A stretch of DNA of 64,000 bases from Polyangiaceae bacterium (lineage in GTDB: Bacteria; Myxococcota_A; Polyangia; Polyangiales; Polyangiaceae): contig JBNKBE010000001.1 of the NCBI GenBank assembly GCA_050287085.1, forward strand, positions 128,001 through 192,000, given 5' to 3'. The notes below the pieces were generated by a model. That model was not told the DNA's origin, did not search any database, and saw nothing but the letters and a program-made list of their open reading frames with translations. Made by a program: the position numbers and the translations under genes. Shown piece after piece: positions 39,501-47,823 of this stretch. How positions within the stretch are numbered: position 1 is the stretch's first letter; each line of letters opens with the position of its first letter.

Positions 39501-40528
39501 GTCTGGCCGTCTGTGCGCAGGGCACTTGCGTTGGCTGCTTGACCGCCGCCGACTGCAACGACGGAGACGCCTGCAACGGGATCGAAGTCTGTTCATCCGG
39601 GAATTGCATGCCGGGGACGCCACTCGAGTGCGCCGACTCGCCTTGCACCCGCGCCAGCTGCTCGGGCGGGGAGTGCCTATATGTGCCCATCACGGGGCCG
39701 TCCTGCGACGACGATACGAACATGTGCAACGGCGGCGGGACGTGTGAAAGCGGCGAGTGTACCCCCACTGCAGCACTGGATTGCCAGAGCACCGACGCCT
39801 GCCAAATCGGTAGCTGTGATCCGAGCGCCGGATGTCTGGTGGAAGACGCGCCGGACGGTACAGCCTGCGACGACGGCAATCCGTGTAACGGCAGCGACGT
39901 ATGCGCAATGGGTGTCTGCATTTCAGGCGCGGCGACGTGCAACGACGGCAATCCTTGCACCGCGGACTCCTGTGGCGCAGCCGGTTGCCTGCATACCGCC
40001 GTCGCCAACGGAACGAGCTGCGACGATGGCAACGCTTGCACCACCGGCACTCAGTGTACGGCGGGAGTCTGCTCCGGCGGCACCTCGAATTGCGATGACG
40101 GAAACCCCTGCACCACCGACGCCTGCGGCGCCATGGGCGGATGCACACACAACCCCGTCACCAACGGAACGAGCTGCGATGATGGCAACGCTTGTACCAC
40201 CGGCACTCAGTGTACAGCGGGAGTCTGCTCCGGCGGCACCCCTGCGTGTGACGATGGCAATCCTTGCACCACAGACGCTTGCGCGGCCGGCACCGGAGCT
40301 TGCACCAACACTCCGGCGGCCGATCGCTGCAATCTCGACGTAGTTCAGGAATGCACTACGGCTGGTTGGGCCACCAAAACCGATTGCGGAGCAACCGGAG
40401 AAGTCTGTTACAGCGCCGCTTGTTGCGCACCGAGCGGCCCTAACGACTGCGCGCCTGAGGACTGTGACCTAAGCGGGCTGGACGACGGTTGCGGCGGCAC
40501 CTACGACTGCCCCGCCTGCCTCAACTAG
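36551..40528 (+). CDS. Giant Cys-rich repeat lipoprotein (1325 aa)
   Basis: PAGC lipobox. Three repeat zones: C..G...C.G..L..C......W.....C units; C..C..D.DC units; CDDGN(P/A)CT units. Confidence 0.88.
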   Translation: MLGPVRRLVVLTLRGVLPLIALAPAGCDHFVAGGPDASLMDGGSIDNSSGGGPPMSMEGGAGGVSPDAAQCEPGTPRCTESVLQVCSEDAVFKARELCASAELCEEEGCAPPICDSKELACDQGTLSQCHESLTDWEPLLQCPSADQCDPSRGTCEACVPGTFTCNRRELLTCTEESSWQIVEVCDSHALCNYEAGRCDETACAEGATRCDGTRFQQCADSLDRWETIESCVSAGLCVPRLGCLPVVCEIGEHICDGNRLLACRADQGGYEPLDTCQGPAYCNASAGVCTETPCEPGEQQCSGKSLQQCNDTRDAWTELELCATSSLCVSGGSGEFHCTAPLCDRDEYSCDGAQLRRCAQGRNAWLDVEECETEALCSASADQGLGGCKPPVCAKGQHRCSPDGSVLESCKDGRTGYQIEAQCEIGQCDAARGVCAPCIVGEYACNGSRLQRCDEGDGWVFVRQCLADALCDAEGAGCREAECEVGTFQCDEQTLSRCNPTTLLWETVRTCDDGTVCDKLSGQCDLCEPGTSFCEGDVRQVCNAEGRGYIAQQCAAGRCTTDGCLVCEPGSFSCSGSLQLEQCSADGKGVEQRADCSGVGTCQASQARCCGPNTPLGCNYDNRGVRFCGGDGVSAIVQACNGEQGDTCVNGSCASCDPGTGVTQCNSAGTNVQECVNGQFRDAQRCDFGCISRPAEGRGFCAPDCRPWNATRCVANNESVQVCGDNGTWAFSAPCEFGCLPALGNCAPTCRPGTKRCAQGQPQSCDATGRWVNAGPACAAECFGGDCVECLTGSDCSSPSKAACSAAHACVACTKDADCGNLPGLPRCADGLCVACTTDNDCGQGVCDTQTRACVECLANSDCASPSKPVCGGDGQCQPCGGGGDCDAPRVCDTRIGSGTRGQCLGCLSDDDCINSAQPRCGSNGSCFECLSKADCGPGELCSGSGRCVQCVADADCKTATASVCTNNNCEPCTNNADCAHLDGLAVCAQGTCVGCLTAADCNDGDACNGIEVCSSGNCMPGTPLECADSPCTRASCSGGECLYVPITGPSCDDDTNMCNGGGTCESGECTPTAALDCQSTDACQIGSCDPSAGCLVEDAPDGTACDDGNPCNGSDVCAMGVCISGAATCNDGNPCTADSCGAAGCLHTAVANGTSCDDGNACTTGTQCTAGVCSGGTSNCDDGNPCTTDACGAMGGCTHNPVTNGTSCDDGNACTTGTQCTAGVCSGGTPACDDGNPCTTDACAAGTGACTNTPAADRCNLDVVQECTTAGWATKTDCGATGEVCYSAACCAPSGPNDCAPEDCDLSGLDDGCGGTYDCPACLN
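40005..40240. repeat. Intragenic direct repeat (80 bp, 156-bp period)
   Basis: 40005-40084 vs 40161-40240 are 77/80 identical; all three differences are synonymous. Confidence 0.9.
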
Positions 40529-40561
40529 GCGGTCAGCGCCTTCACCATCGGACTCACCGTC

Positions 40562-40981
40562 ATGAAGTATCTCCACACCATGGTTCGCGTAAGCGACCTC
40601 GAAGCTTCTCTGGCATTTTACTGCGACGCCCTCGGACTGAAGGAACGCAAGCGCACGGAACACGAACAGGGTCGTTTCACGCTGGTGTTTCTGTACGCGC
40701 CCGACAGTCCTGAAGCCGAACTGGAGCTAACCTACAATTGGGATCCGGAAGCGCTCGCGGGCGGGCGCAACTTCGGACACCTAGCGTTCCAGGTCGAAGA
40801 TATCTACCGCCTGTGCGCTTCGCTCCAGACCAAAGGGATCTCCATCCTGCGTCCCCCCCGGGATGGTCACATGGCGTTCGTCCGTTCGCCGGACGGAATC
40901 AGCATCGAACTGCTGCAGCGGGGTGCTGCGCTCCCGCCGCAGGAACCCTGGCTCAGTATGCCGAACCAGGGCTCTTGGTAA
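40562..40981 (+). CDS. gloA: Lactoylglutathione lyase (glyoxalase I)
   Basis: [50 protein letters not shown]. Confidence 0.92.
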   Translation: MKYLHTMVRVSDLEASLAFYCDALGLKERKRTEHEQGRFTLVFLYAPDSPEAELELTYNWDPEALAGGRNFGHLAFQVEDIYRLCASLQTKGISILRPPRDGHMAFVRSPDGISIELLQRGAALPPQEPWLSMPNQGSW

Positions 40982-41035
40982 GCCCGATACCTGGGCGGTA
41001 GCGCCCGGCTGACGCCAGTCACCACGCGCCAGGCT

Positions 41036-41749
41036 TCAAAGCGCGGAGGCCCATTCTATGACGGTCTGCTTGTCCTCCTGCGAGGTCCACGCTTGCATCT
41101 TTGGCATGCGACCGGCTTCGATAGACGCAAGCAAAGAGGGCGCGGAGTTCTCGATGAATGGGCGGGTCAATTGCAAACTGAACCCGCCATGATCTTGATC
41201 GTGGCAAGCCGCGCCGCCACAGTTGGAGACGAGCAGCGGATAAACTTCGTCCCAGACGTCTGGACCTCCGCCCCCAGCGCCCGCCTCGCCTCCCAGACCA
41301 GCGCCCCCTGCCGCAGCACCGCCGACGCCCTCTCCCGCGGTCCCCGAGTCGCCACCGACGGGAGCGCCCCCCTCCCCGGCCATGGATGCGACATCGCCCC
41401 CCATCCCGCCTAACGCGTTCGGTACGCCCCCAGTCGCTCCGCCGCCTTGACCACCGGCTCCAAAACCCGCAACGGCCTCCCCGCCCGTGCCCTGTCCCGC
41501 CGAGGACTGCCCGCCGCCTCCGATTGCCTGCGCACCGGCGCCCCCCCCAAGACTGGATTGACCCCCCCCGGAAACGCCACCGCCGCCGTAGTTCATCGGA
41601 TCCGGGTCGTACTCGCTCCCAGCCTCAGCGGAGCAGCCGACCGCGGCCATGCTCAAGACCAGCCCGCCCCCGGCACTGCTACGAAACGCGCGACGAGAAC
41701 GCCGCAGCACAGTCCGGACAAGCTCAGATCGAAATGACAGGAAAAGCAT
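41036..41749 (-). CDS. Lipoprotein with Gly-rich linker and C-terminal cytochrome c-like domain (CX4CH)
   Basis: AVGC lipobox; VWDEVYPLLVSNCGGAACH...GRMPK...VIEWA. Start uncertain. Confidence 0.68.
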   Translation of the reverse strand: MLFLSFRSELVRTVLRRSRRAFRSSAGGGLVLSMAAVGCSAEAGSEYDPDPMNYGGGGVSGGGQSSLGGGAGAQAIGGGGQSSAGQGTGGEAVAGFGAGGQGGGATGGVPNALGGMGGDVASMAGEGGAPVGGDSGTAGEGVGGAAAGGAGLGGEAGAGGGGPDVWDEVYPLLVSNCGGAACHDQDHGGFSLQLTRPFIENSAPSLLASIEAGRMPKMQAWTSQEDKQTVIEWASAL

Positions 41750-42224
41750 TGTGCCATGATAGCCGGTAGATGATTCAGCGGTAGACCAGCTCGCGCCCAG
41801 CGTCTTGCACTGGTTCACAACACGCGAAAATTGCAGCCGCTTTCTACTGCGCAAGCTTCGCGACCAGGGAACGACGACCGCAACGCGATCGCTCGCGCCG
41901 CGCATTGCACCCACAGCGTGCAGGCTCCATAGCCGACTGTTCCGTCCCGAAGCACTTCGCCAGCGCCTCCCCCATCGGTCTCCGGCTCCACCGACATCAC
42001 GGCACGCCGCTCACGGCTGCGCCGAACGCCATCTGGCTTTCGCGTCGGCTTCCGTTCGATCAGGAATTGCGCCCCTGCGCAGACACGAACCTCGCCGCAG
42101 GGGGCTCGCTAGAGAACAGCTGATCTCAGCGAGGAATGGACACCATCACCAACTCGAAGAAGCCTATCTGGCGTTGATTGCCCGTGCCCAAGCCGCCGAA
42201 GCCGCTACCAGTGTCGACAGCGCT

Positions 42225-43058
42225 CTAGGGATGAAACGAAGGTGGCGGGAGCTCCGGAGTCTTTCGAACGTATTCGGCTATTACGTCGCCCAGACGTTGA
42301 TCCAGCTCCTGACAGCGGCGGGTGACCTCTCCCATCGTCACGCCCCTGCACTCCTTACGGCGGGCCCGATAGGTGGCAACTACCTTCGGATCCTTTCTCA
42401 ACGCTTGCTGCATTTCGTCGCTAAGAAAGCGCCAATTCACCGCCGAGTGCCGCGGACTACGGGGTGCGCGGCGACTGACTTCGTTGACGTCCAACGTCAC
42501 ACAGGCTCCATTCCAACGCAACACGTCGTAGGTTCCGCCGGAACCCTCAACCTGAAATGACGCCTGATTGAGCCGATGATTGATCACAATCACTTCCTCA
42601 GCCAGGACCAAGTCCTCATGAACGGTCGGGCCCCAGCCGTTTACGGCGTTCAAGCCGGTCCGCATGTAGTAGCGCGACCAGGGCGTCCCCCGTCGAAACA
42701 TGTAGAGCGCTACGTCCGGGTATACGTCCTGACACAATCTTTCCGCCCACTCGAGGGGCGGCAGACACGGCGCCTCCTCTTTCGTGCATTGTTCCGGGAC
42801 GCCGAGCGTCGCAGCATCGCGAGCACGCCTGGCTCGTGTAGCTGCGTCGTCAGCGGACTCCGCCCGCTGAGCGCCAGCGCCACAGGCGCTGAGCAAGAGC
42901 ACAAGAGCCACGCTCCGCGAGGCGGCGGTGCTTCGCCGGGGCCTGTCGCGCCCCTCGCGCCCCTCGCTAGCCGAGGCCTGGCGGCTCAATGTCGCCACAC
43001 ATGTTTTTCGTCGAACCACGCATCCCAAGCGCCGCGCCCACAAACTGCGAAACAGCAT
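42225..43058 (-). CDS. Hypothetical lipoprotein
   Basis: LLLSAC lipobox, several paired Cys. Start uncertain. Confidence 0.65.
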   Translation of the reverse strand: MLFRSLWARRLGCVVRRKTCVATLSRQASASEGREGRDRPRRSTAASRSVALVLLLSACGAGAQRAESADDAATRARRARDAATLGVPEQCTKEEAPCLPPLEWAERLCQDVYPDVALYMFRRGTPWSRYYMRTGLNAVNGWGPTVHEDLVLAEEVIVINHRLNQASFQVEGSGGTYDVLRWNGACVTLDVNEVSRRAPRSPRHSAVNWRFLSDEMQQALRKDPKVVATYRARRKECRGVTMGEVTRRCQELDQRLGDVIAEYVRKTPELPPPSFHP

Positions 43059-43134
43059 CGACGCCAGGATCCATCATTGCCAAGCCGTGTCAAGTGGCCC
43101 CAGCGCGCGTAGCGGGAGCCGGACCGGTGGTTCC

Positions 43135-44472
43135 TCAATCGGAATGTTCAAATTGAATAGGCTCGAAACTGTCCTGACGCTCGGTATTCCCTGAAGCTAA
43201 CTGACCCGATTCGTTAGCCCCTGAACACGCAACGTCGTTTCCTTCAAAAATCACGCAAGTGAAGAATCGACCGGCTGCCACTGCCACCACGCTCGCCGCA
43301 ACGCGTGCCGGCTCGGTACGCGCGTTGACATCGTTCAGCCCGAGTTGACCTTCAATATTGCGTCCCCAACACCAGAGCACCTGTTCGGTATTGATCGCAC
43401 ACGAGTGAAAGGTATTCGAGCTCAGCTCGCGCCAGCTTCCCTCAATGGTTGCGATCGGTTCGATGGCACCTGCCACAGCCGTTCCAAAAGGACCTTCAGG
43501 CGAGCCGACATTGAGTCCCCAACACCAGAAACTTCCGTCCACGGTCAATCCGCACGAGTGGTTTTGGCCGGCCGCCACTCGCTCCCAGCGCTGCAACTCG
43601 CCATTGCGCGTCGGCGCACGACGCTGCTGCTCGTCACTCGTGGAGGTCTCGTGATCCGTATTGCGACCAAAACAGTACAGCGCCCCAGCCGTTGCGACAC
43701 CACAAGTATGACCATTGCCCCCCGAAAGCCAGCGCATGGGCTCGACGTCGACGGCTCTAGGTGACAGGGCGTCGCGGGCTTTCTGATCGCTCGAATAGCG
43801 ATCCCCCAACCCGAGCTGTCCTTCGAAGTTGGCTCCCCAACACCACACGCTCCCGCCCTCATCGATCGCACAGCTGTGGCTTGACCCGGCCGTGATAAAT
43901 ACCATCGGGGCTGGCAGCGAAACCGGCTCCATGGACCCATCGTCCTGACGAGTTCCACGACCTAGCTGGCCGTGCTCCCCCCGTCCGGCACAATACACTT
44001 TGCCCTCGACGGACAGGGCACAAGTGTGGTCGTCCCCAGCGGCGACCGCGCGCCACGGAACGTCCGCGCGCACCTCCGTCGCCACTTGAACGAGCTCAGC
44101 ATGCCCCAATCCAAGCTGCCCATAGGCGTTGTTCCCCCAGCAGTACAAGCGCTCCTGGAGAACGGCGCAAGCATGAGCCACCCCCGCCGTCACCCGGGGG
44201 TTCGAACCGGCCGTCGCGGGATCCGCCCAAGCCCCGGATGCGTCCGCCCCAGGAGCGCTCCGCCGCCCCGCATCGAGCGCATCCTCCGAAGCTCCCTTCT
44301 GGGGTGCACGCCGGATCGGTGTGGAGGCGCCAGGGCTTCGCTCACGGGTCAGGACCTCCACGCTGCGGCTGCACGCCGGCAATCCAGCCCCTTGGGACAG
44401 GATAGCGATGCACAGGGCAAGGACACGACCCACCGCGCGGCTCCCGAATACAGTCAACCGTTCAGCGTTCAT
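43135..44472 (-). CDS. RCC1/BLIP-II repeat beta-propeller, probable lipoprotein
   Basis: About 7 repeats of AG..H(S/T)CA....G.V.CWG.N..GQLG. The ATG overlaps the upstream stop (ATGA). Confidence 0.92.
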   Translation of the reverse strand: MNAERLTVFGSRAVGRVLALCIAILSQGAGLPACSRSVEVLTRERSPGASTPIRRAPQKGASEDALDAGRRSAPGADASGAWADPATAGSNPRVTAGVAHACAVLQERLYCWGNNAYGQLGLGHAELVQVATEVRADVPWRAVAAGDDHTCALSVEGKVYCAGRGEHGQLGRGTRQDDGSMEPVSLPAPMVFITAGSSHSCAIDEGGSVWCWGANFEGQLGLGDRYSSDQKARDALSPRAVDVEPMRWLSGGNGHTCGVATAGALYCFGRNTDHETSTSDEQQRRAPTRNGELQRWERVAAGQNHSCGLTVDGSFWCWGLNVGSPEGPFGTAVAGAIEPIATIEGSWRELSSNTFHSCAINTEQVLWCWGRNIEGQLGLNDVNARTEPARVAASVVAVAAGRFFTCVIFEGNDVACSGANESGQLASGNTERQDSFEPIQFEHSD

Positions 44473-45470
44473 GGCGTCAGACTCGCCCCCAAGTATAACA
44501 GTACTCCTGCCCGCGTCAGGCCCGCGCGGACCGTCCCGTTGTCCGTGACAGCCAATTCTCGGATCGGCAGCGAGATGCCGGCGCCCGCGATGCCATGAAG
44601 ACGCTCGCTCAAGTCCCACTCAGCAGCCAAGCGAGCGTCCAGAGCGACAGTGCTGCCACCTGCGCTTTGCCCAATGACGCCTGGCTCCGCCTTGCCCCGG
44701 AAGCGCCAGTAGCCGCCTTCGATTCCTAATTGTGGGTGTAGGTCAATACCGCGCACGGCCCAGCGGAACCCGAGCGCCACCCGCGCGTGAAGTCCCTGGC
44801 CGGAGATCAGGCCATGGGAGAATTGGCGCGGTAGCGCAGCGCTTCCCCCGAGCGCCAAGACCCAGTTCAACCTTTGGCTCAGCGGATAGCGTGCGGCAAG
44901 CTCTCCCCCCAGAAGTGCACTGGCGCGCCAGTAGTACCGACCGGATAGCAGCGCCTGCAGAGCTCCAGCAGGCTGCTCCAAGGACGACGTACTGGTCGCG
45001 GGTGACCTCACGGGCGCCGAGGGAGGCTCCGCAGCGGGGGCGGCGCGCACCACGCGCGGCAGTGCGGCAAGCATCTCGTCCGCGGCGAGGGCCAGTGCCA
45101 GCGCCTGCCCATCGGGTGGCAGCAAACGAAGGTCAACACCCCGTCGGGCACGTTCATGCCCCACGGAAACCAGGACAAGCGCATGCTCGTCACCGGCAAA
45201 GGTGATTCGCACAACGCCGTGAACCCCTTCACCGTCCCCGGCGCATAGGATCAGCTCCCGCGCTGCCAACTCGCTATACAGGTCTTGGACTAGAGCTGAG
45301 CGCAACGCATTCGACGCGCCGCCGGACACTTCTAGAGCTACCCCGTCGTCGGTCGTGTCAGCACACGCCGGGAGCTCGGCCAGCCCTGATGGGACCGCCA
45401 ACGCGGAGCGTACGCTGAACACCAGGGCGAATGCGCTCGCCACGCCAGTCCTACGCCCTACGCAACCCAT
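44469..45470 (-). CDS. Putative outer-membrane protein (periplasmic N-domain + small beta-barrel)
   Basis: Signal-like MGCVGRR...SALA, Pro linker, C-terminal alternating hydrophobic/Gly strands ending LYLGASLTP. Start uncertain (45470-45566). Confidence 0.6.
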   Translation of the reverse strand: MGCVGRRTGVASAFALVFSVRSALAVPSGLAELPACADTTDDGVALEVSGGASNALRSALVQDLYSELAARELILCAGDGEGVHGVVRITFAGDEHALVLVSVGHERARRGVDLRLLPPDGQALALALAADEMLAALPRVVRAAPAAEPPSAPVRSPATSTSSLEQPAGALQALLSGRYYWRASALLGGELAARYPLSQRLNWVLALGGSAALPRQFSHGLISGQGLHARVALGFRWAVRGIDLHPQLGIEGGYWRFRGKAEPGVIGQSAGGSTVALDARLAAEWDLSERLHGIAGAGISLPIRELAVTDNGTVRAGLTRAGVLLYLGASLTP

Positions 45471-45565
45471 CACCGTGCCATGCTGTATCGGAGCGCGCGC
45501 CCACCGCAAGGATACAGGCCGCCGCCCGTCGGTCGGGCCCATCGCAACACACACCCTCAATCGCA

Positions 45566-46801
45566 CTATCGGGGCGACGAGCCGAGGCAGCCACGCGCCA
45601 CCGAGTCGGCATGCAGTCCCCGTGGGTAACGCTGCAGGTAATCCTCTCGCGCCTTTCGGCACGCATCGAGCTGCCCCAGCGCGTCGTAGACGCGAACCAG
45701 ACGGGCTCGGGCATCACCGGCGAAGCTAGCCCCACCGGCCGACCTCACTGCATGCTTCAGCGCCCGCAGGGCGCCCGGCATGTCTCCGAGACGATCCATC
45801 CGCAGTCGCCCCAACTCAAAGGCTGCCAGTCCCCCTCGCTCGTCGGCCGGATAGCGCCTCAACAGCTCAGCGTACGCGGCTGCAGCGTCCGCGCTCCGAC
45901 CAGAACGCCGCGCCTCCGTGGCGCGATCCCACAATGACTTGGCACTTCCTTCGCCGATAAGCTCGGCGGTCGATGGCTTCTTGGGCTCCTGGCTCGACGG
46001 CGCCGGCAGGGAGCGTCTAGGGATATTGGCGTCCGTTTCTGAAGGCCTCGCCGGCCCCGACGTAGCGCTAGCCCCCGAGGCGACGGACTGCCCACGTTCG
46101 ACAGTCACGGTATTGCCAGCCCCCAGCGAACGACTACGACCGGACGGGTCGCGAAGGACCACCGCACCTCGCAGAACCGCCACGATCACGCGACCTGCAA
46201 CCCCAACTTCGACCACGAAGCGGCCCTCTGTGCCCTCTACAAGCAGCTCTCCGGCGCGGACGCGCAGGGGGGCCGGCGAACCGTCCAAGGTCACGCTCAG
46301 GGTGCCCCGGCGGAGCTCGACCTGCGTCGTCGCCGCTGTTGCCTGAGAAACGGTCGCAGCGGAATGCTGCCCGAGTTCAAGTGACGCTCCGCAGTCGACA
46401 TCCAAGCTCAACGGTACATCCTCGGCCACGTAGACAACCGGCGCGGAGTCGTTCGGCGTTCCGGGACTCGCCAGCTTGCCCCCCGACGCCTGCGCCCGTG
46501 GTGATTCAGCAAGCGGAGGACGATCGGACTGCAGACCGTTTGACGAAGCGCCCACCCGCTCAGACGCTCCCGCTGCCGAGCCTCCACGGGCGAGCAATGC
46601 TTCTTCACGCGGCCCGATTCGGGTCAGAAACCCCACCAGAAGCGCTGATGACGCTAGCGCGCCCGCGGAAACCAGCAGCCACGGAGCCATCGGCCCCCGC
46701 CTTCTTCCCTCGAGTCGTTGCGCAATCGCCTCATAGCTGCGCTCCAGTCGAGCTCGCTTGAGCTCAACGGGCACGTACTCCGACAGCCGCGGCTCGGTCA
46801 T
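45566..46801 (-). CDS. FecR-domain anti-sigma factor with C-terminal TPR
   Basis: N-terminal TM, VELRRG.L.V...LRVRAG..VE...RF.V FecR-like strands, LWDRA.EARR.G...AA..Y..LL.RYP TPR. Confidence 0.8.
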   Translation of the reverse strand: MTEPRLSEYVPVELKRARLERSYEAIAQRLEGRRRGPMAPWLLVSAGALASSALLVGFLTRIGPREEALLARGGSAAGASERVGASSNGLQSDRPPLAESPRAQASGGKLASPGTPNDSAPVVYVAEDVPLSLDVDCGASLELGQHSAATVSQATAATTQVELRRGTLSVTLDGSPAPLRVRAGELLVEGTEGRFVVEVGVAGRVIVAVLRGAVVLRDPSGRSRSLGAGNTVTVERGQSVASGASATSGPARPSETDANIPRRSLPAPSSQEPKKPSTAELIGEGSAKSLWDRATEARRSGRSADAAAAYAELLRRYPADERGGLAAFELGRLRMDRLGDMPGALRALKHAVRSAGGASFAGDARARLVRVYDALGQLDACRKAREDYLQRYPRGLHADSVARGCLGSSPR

Positions 46802-46847
46802 GGCTTCTCCTTGGAGGCCGAAGCCGATGGAACCAAAAGACGTATCA

Positions 46848-47432
46848 TCATCGCTTGCGCGCTCGCTGGATCCGCGCGTCCGCCGCAGCTAGGCGGCGCT
46901 TGACGGTCGCTAGGGACAACCCCATTTGTTCCGCTATATCGGTTAGTTCCAGCCCCTCGATGCGTCGCAGAACAAGCGCCACGCGCTCCTCGGCGGGCAA
47001 CGCCTCGACCATGGAATAGACAGCGCGCAGCTCCGCCCGAACGTCCGGGGGGGCGTCGTCCGAGATCAGCTGGGCCCAATCGAGAGGCTCGGGCTGAAGC
47101 ATCCCCAGGCGCACCAGCAAACGTCGCCGACGCAGACGCTTGCTCGCGGTCCGCACTACAATCGACGCAAGCCAAGAGGCAAACGCCTGCGGGTTGTTCA
47201 GCGTTTCGAGCTTTGAGAACGCGAAAACAAAGGCATCCTGGACCAGATCGTCCACCTCGCCCCGCCCTGCCAGCACCCGGTGAGCCAGCCCGAAGGCGAG
47301 CCCGGCGTGGCGACGGTAGAGGGCTTCTTGGGCGGCGGCGTCGCCTTGCCGCGCCGAGACCACCAATTCCGCATCGCGGACCTCCGACAACGCCCCCGAT
47401 CGGGGTACCCTGGGAACAACCCGAGAACGCAT
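46848..47432 (-). CDS. ECF sigma-70 factor
   Basis: DAELV..AR.GD..A.E.LYRRH, DDLVQDAF, FASWL..I, LP.EER..L.LR.IEGL...IA..MG.S.ATVKRRL. Start uncertain. Confidence 0.93.
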   Translation of the reverse strand: MRSRVVPRVPRSGALSEVRDAELVVSARQGDAAAQEALYRRHAGLAFGLAHRVLAGRGEVDDLVQDAFVFAFSKLETLNNPQAFASWLASIVVRTASKRLRRRRLLVRLGMLQPEPLDWAQLISDDAPPDVRAELRAVYSMVEALPAEERVALVLRRIEGLELTDIAEQMGLSLATVKRRLAAADARIQRARKR

Positions 47433-47823
47433 TTCCGTCGCCTCGGACTGCTCCGAGCAACTTCGCGCCGAAGGCGGAGCCAGCTCCAGCGCCTCTATTG
47501 GACCACTCTTCGGAGCCGTCGCCAGCGCGGCGCCCCCGGCGCTGGGAGCCTGACTGGTACGCGAAGCCCGGGCAGAATCGTCCAAGACCCCAGATGCAAG
47601 CGCATGCGAAGTCGGACCTGAGCCTGAAGCAGAGCGAACCACGAGACATCCTAGCCTACCGCCTTTGAGCCGCGCGCCAATCAGAAAGCCGCGATTTGGT
47701 CGAGCGCCTGCTACAAATGTCCCAGCATTGCTCACCTGCGGCTCAGATTTCTTCGAGGTCGATATGGCCCACGCAACTTGTTGGCCCTAGGCGACCCGAG
47801 CTATATCGTCTCCAAGGTGCGCA

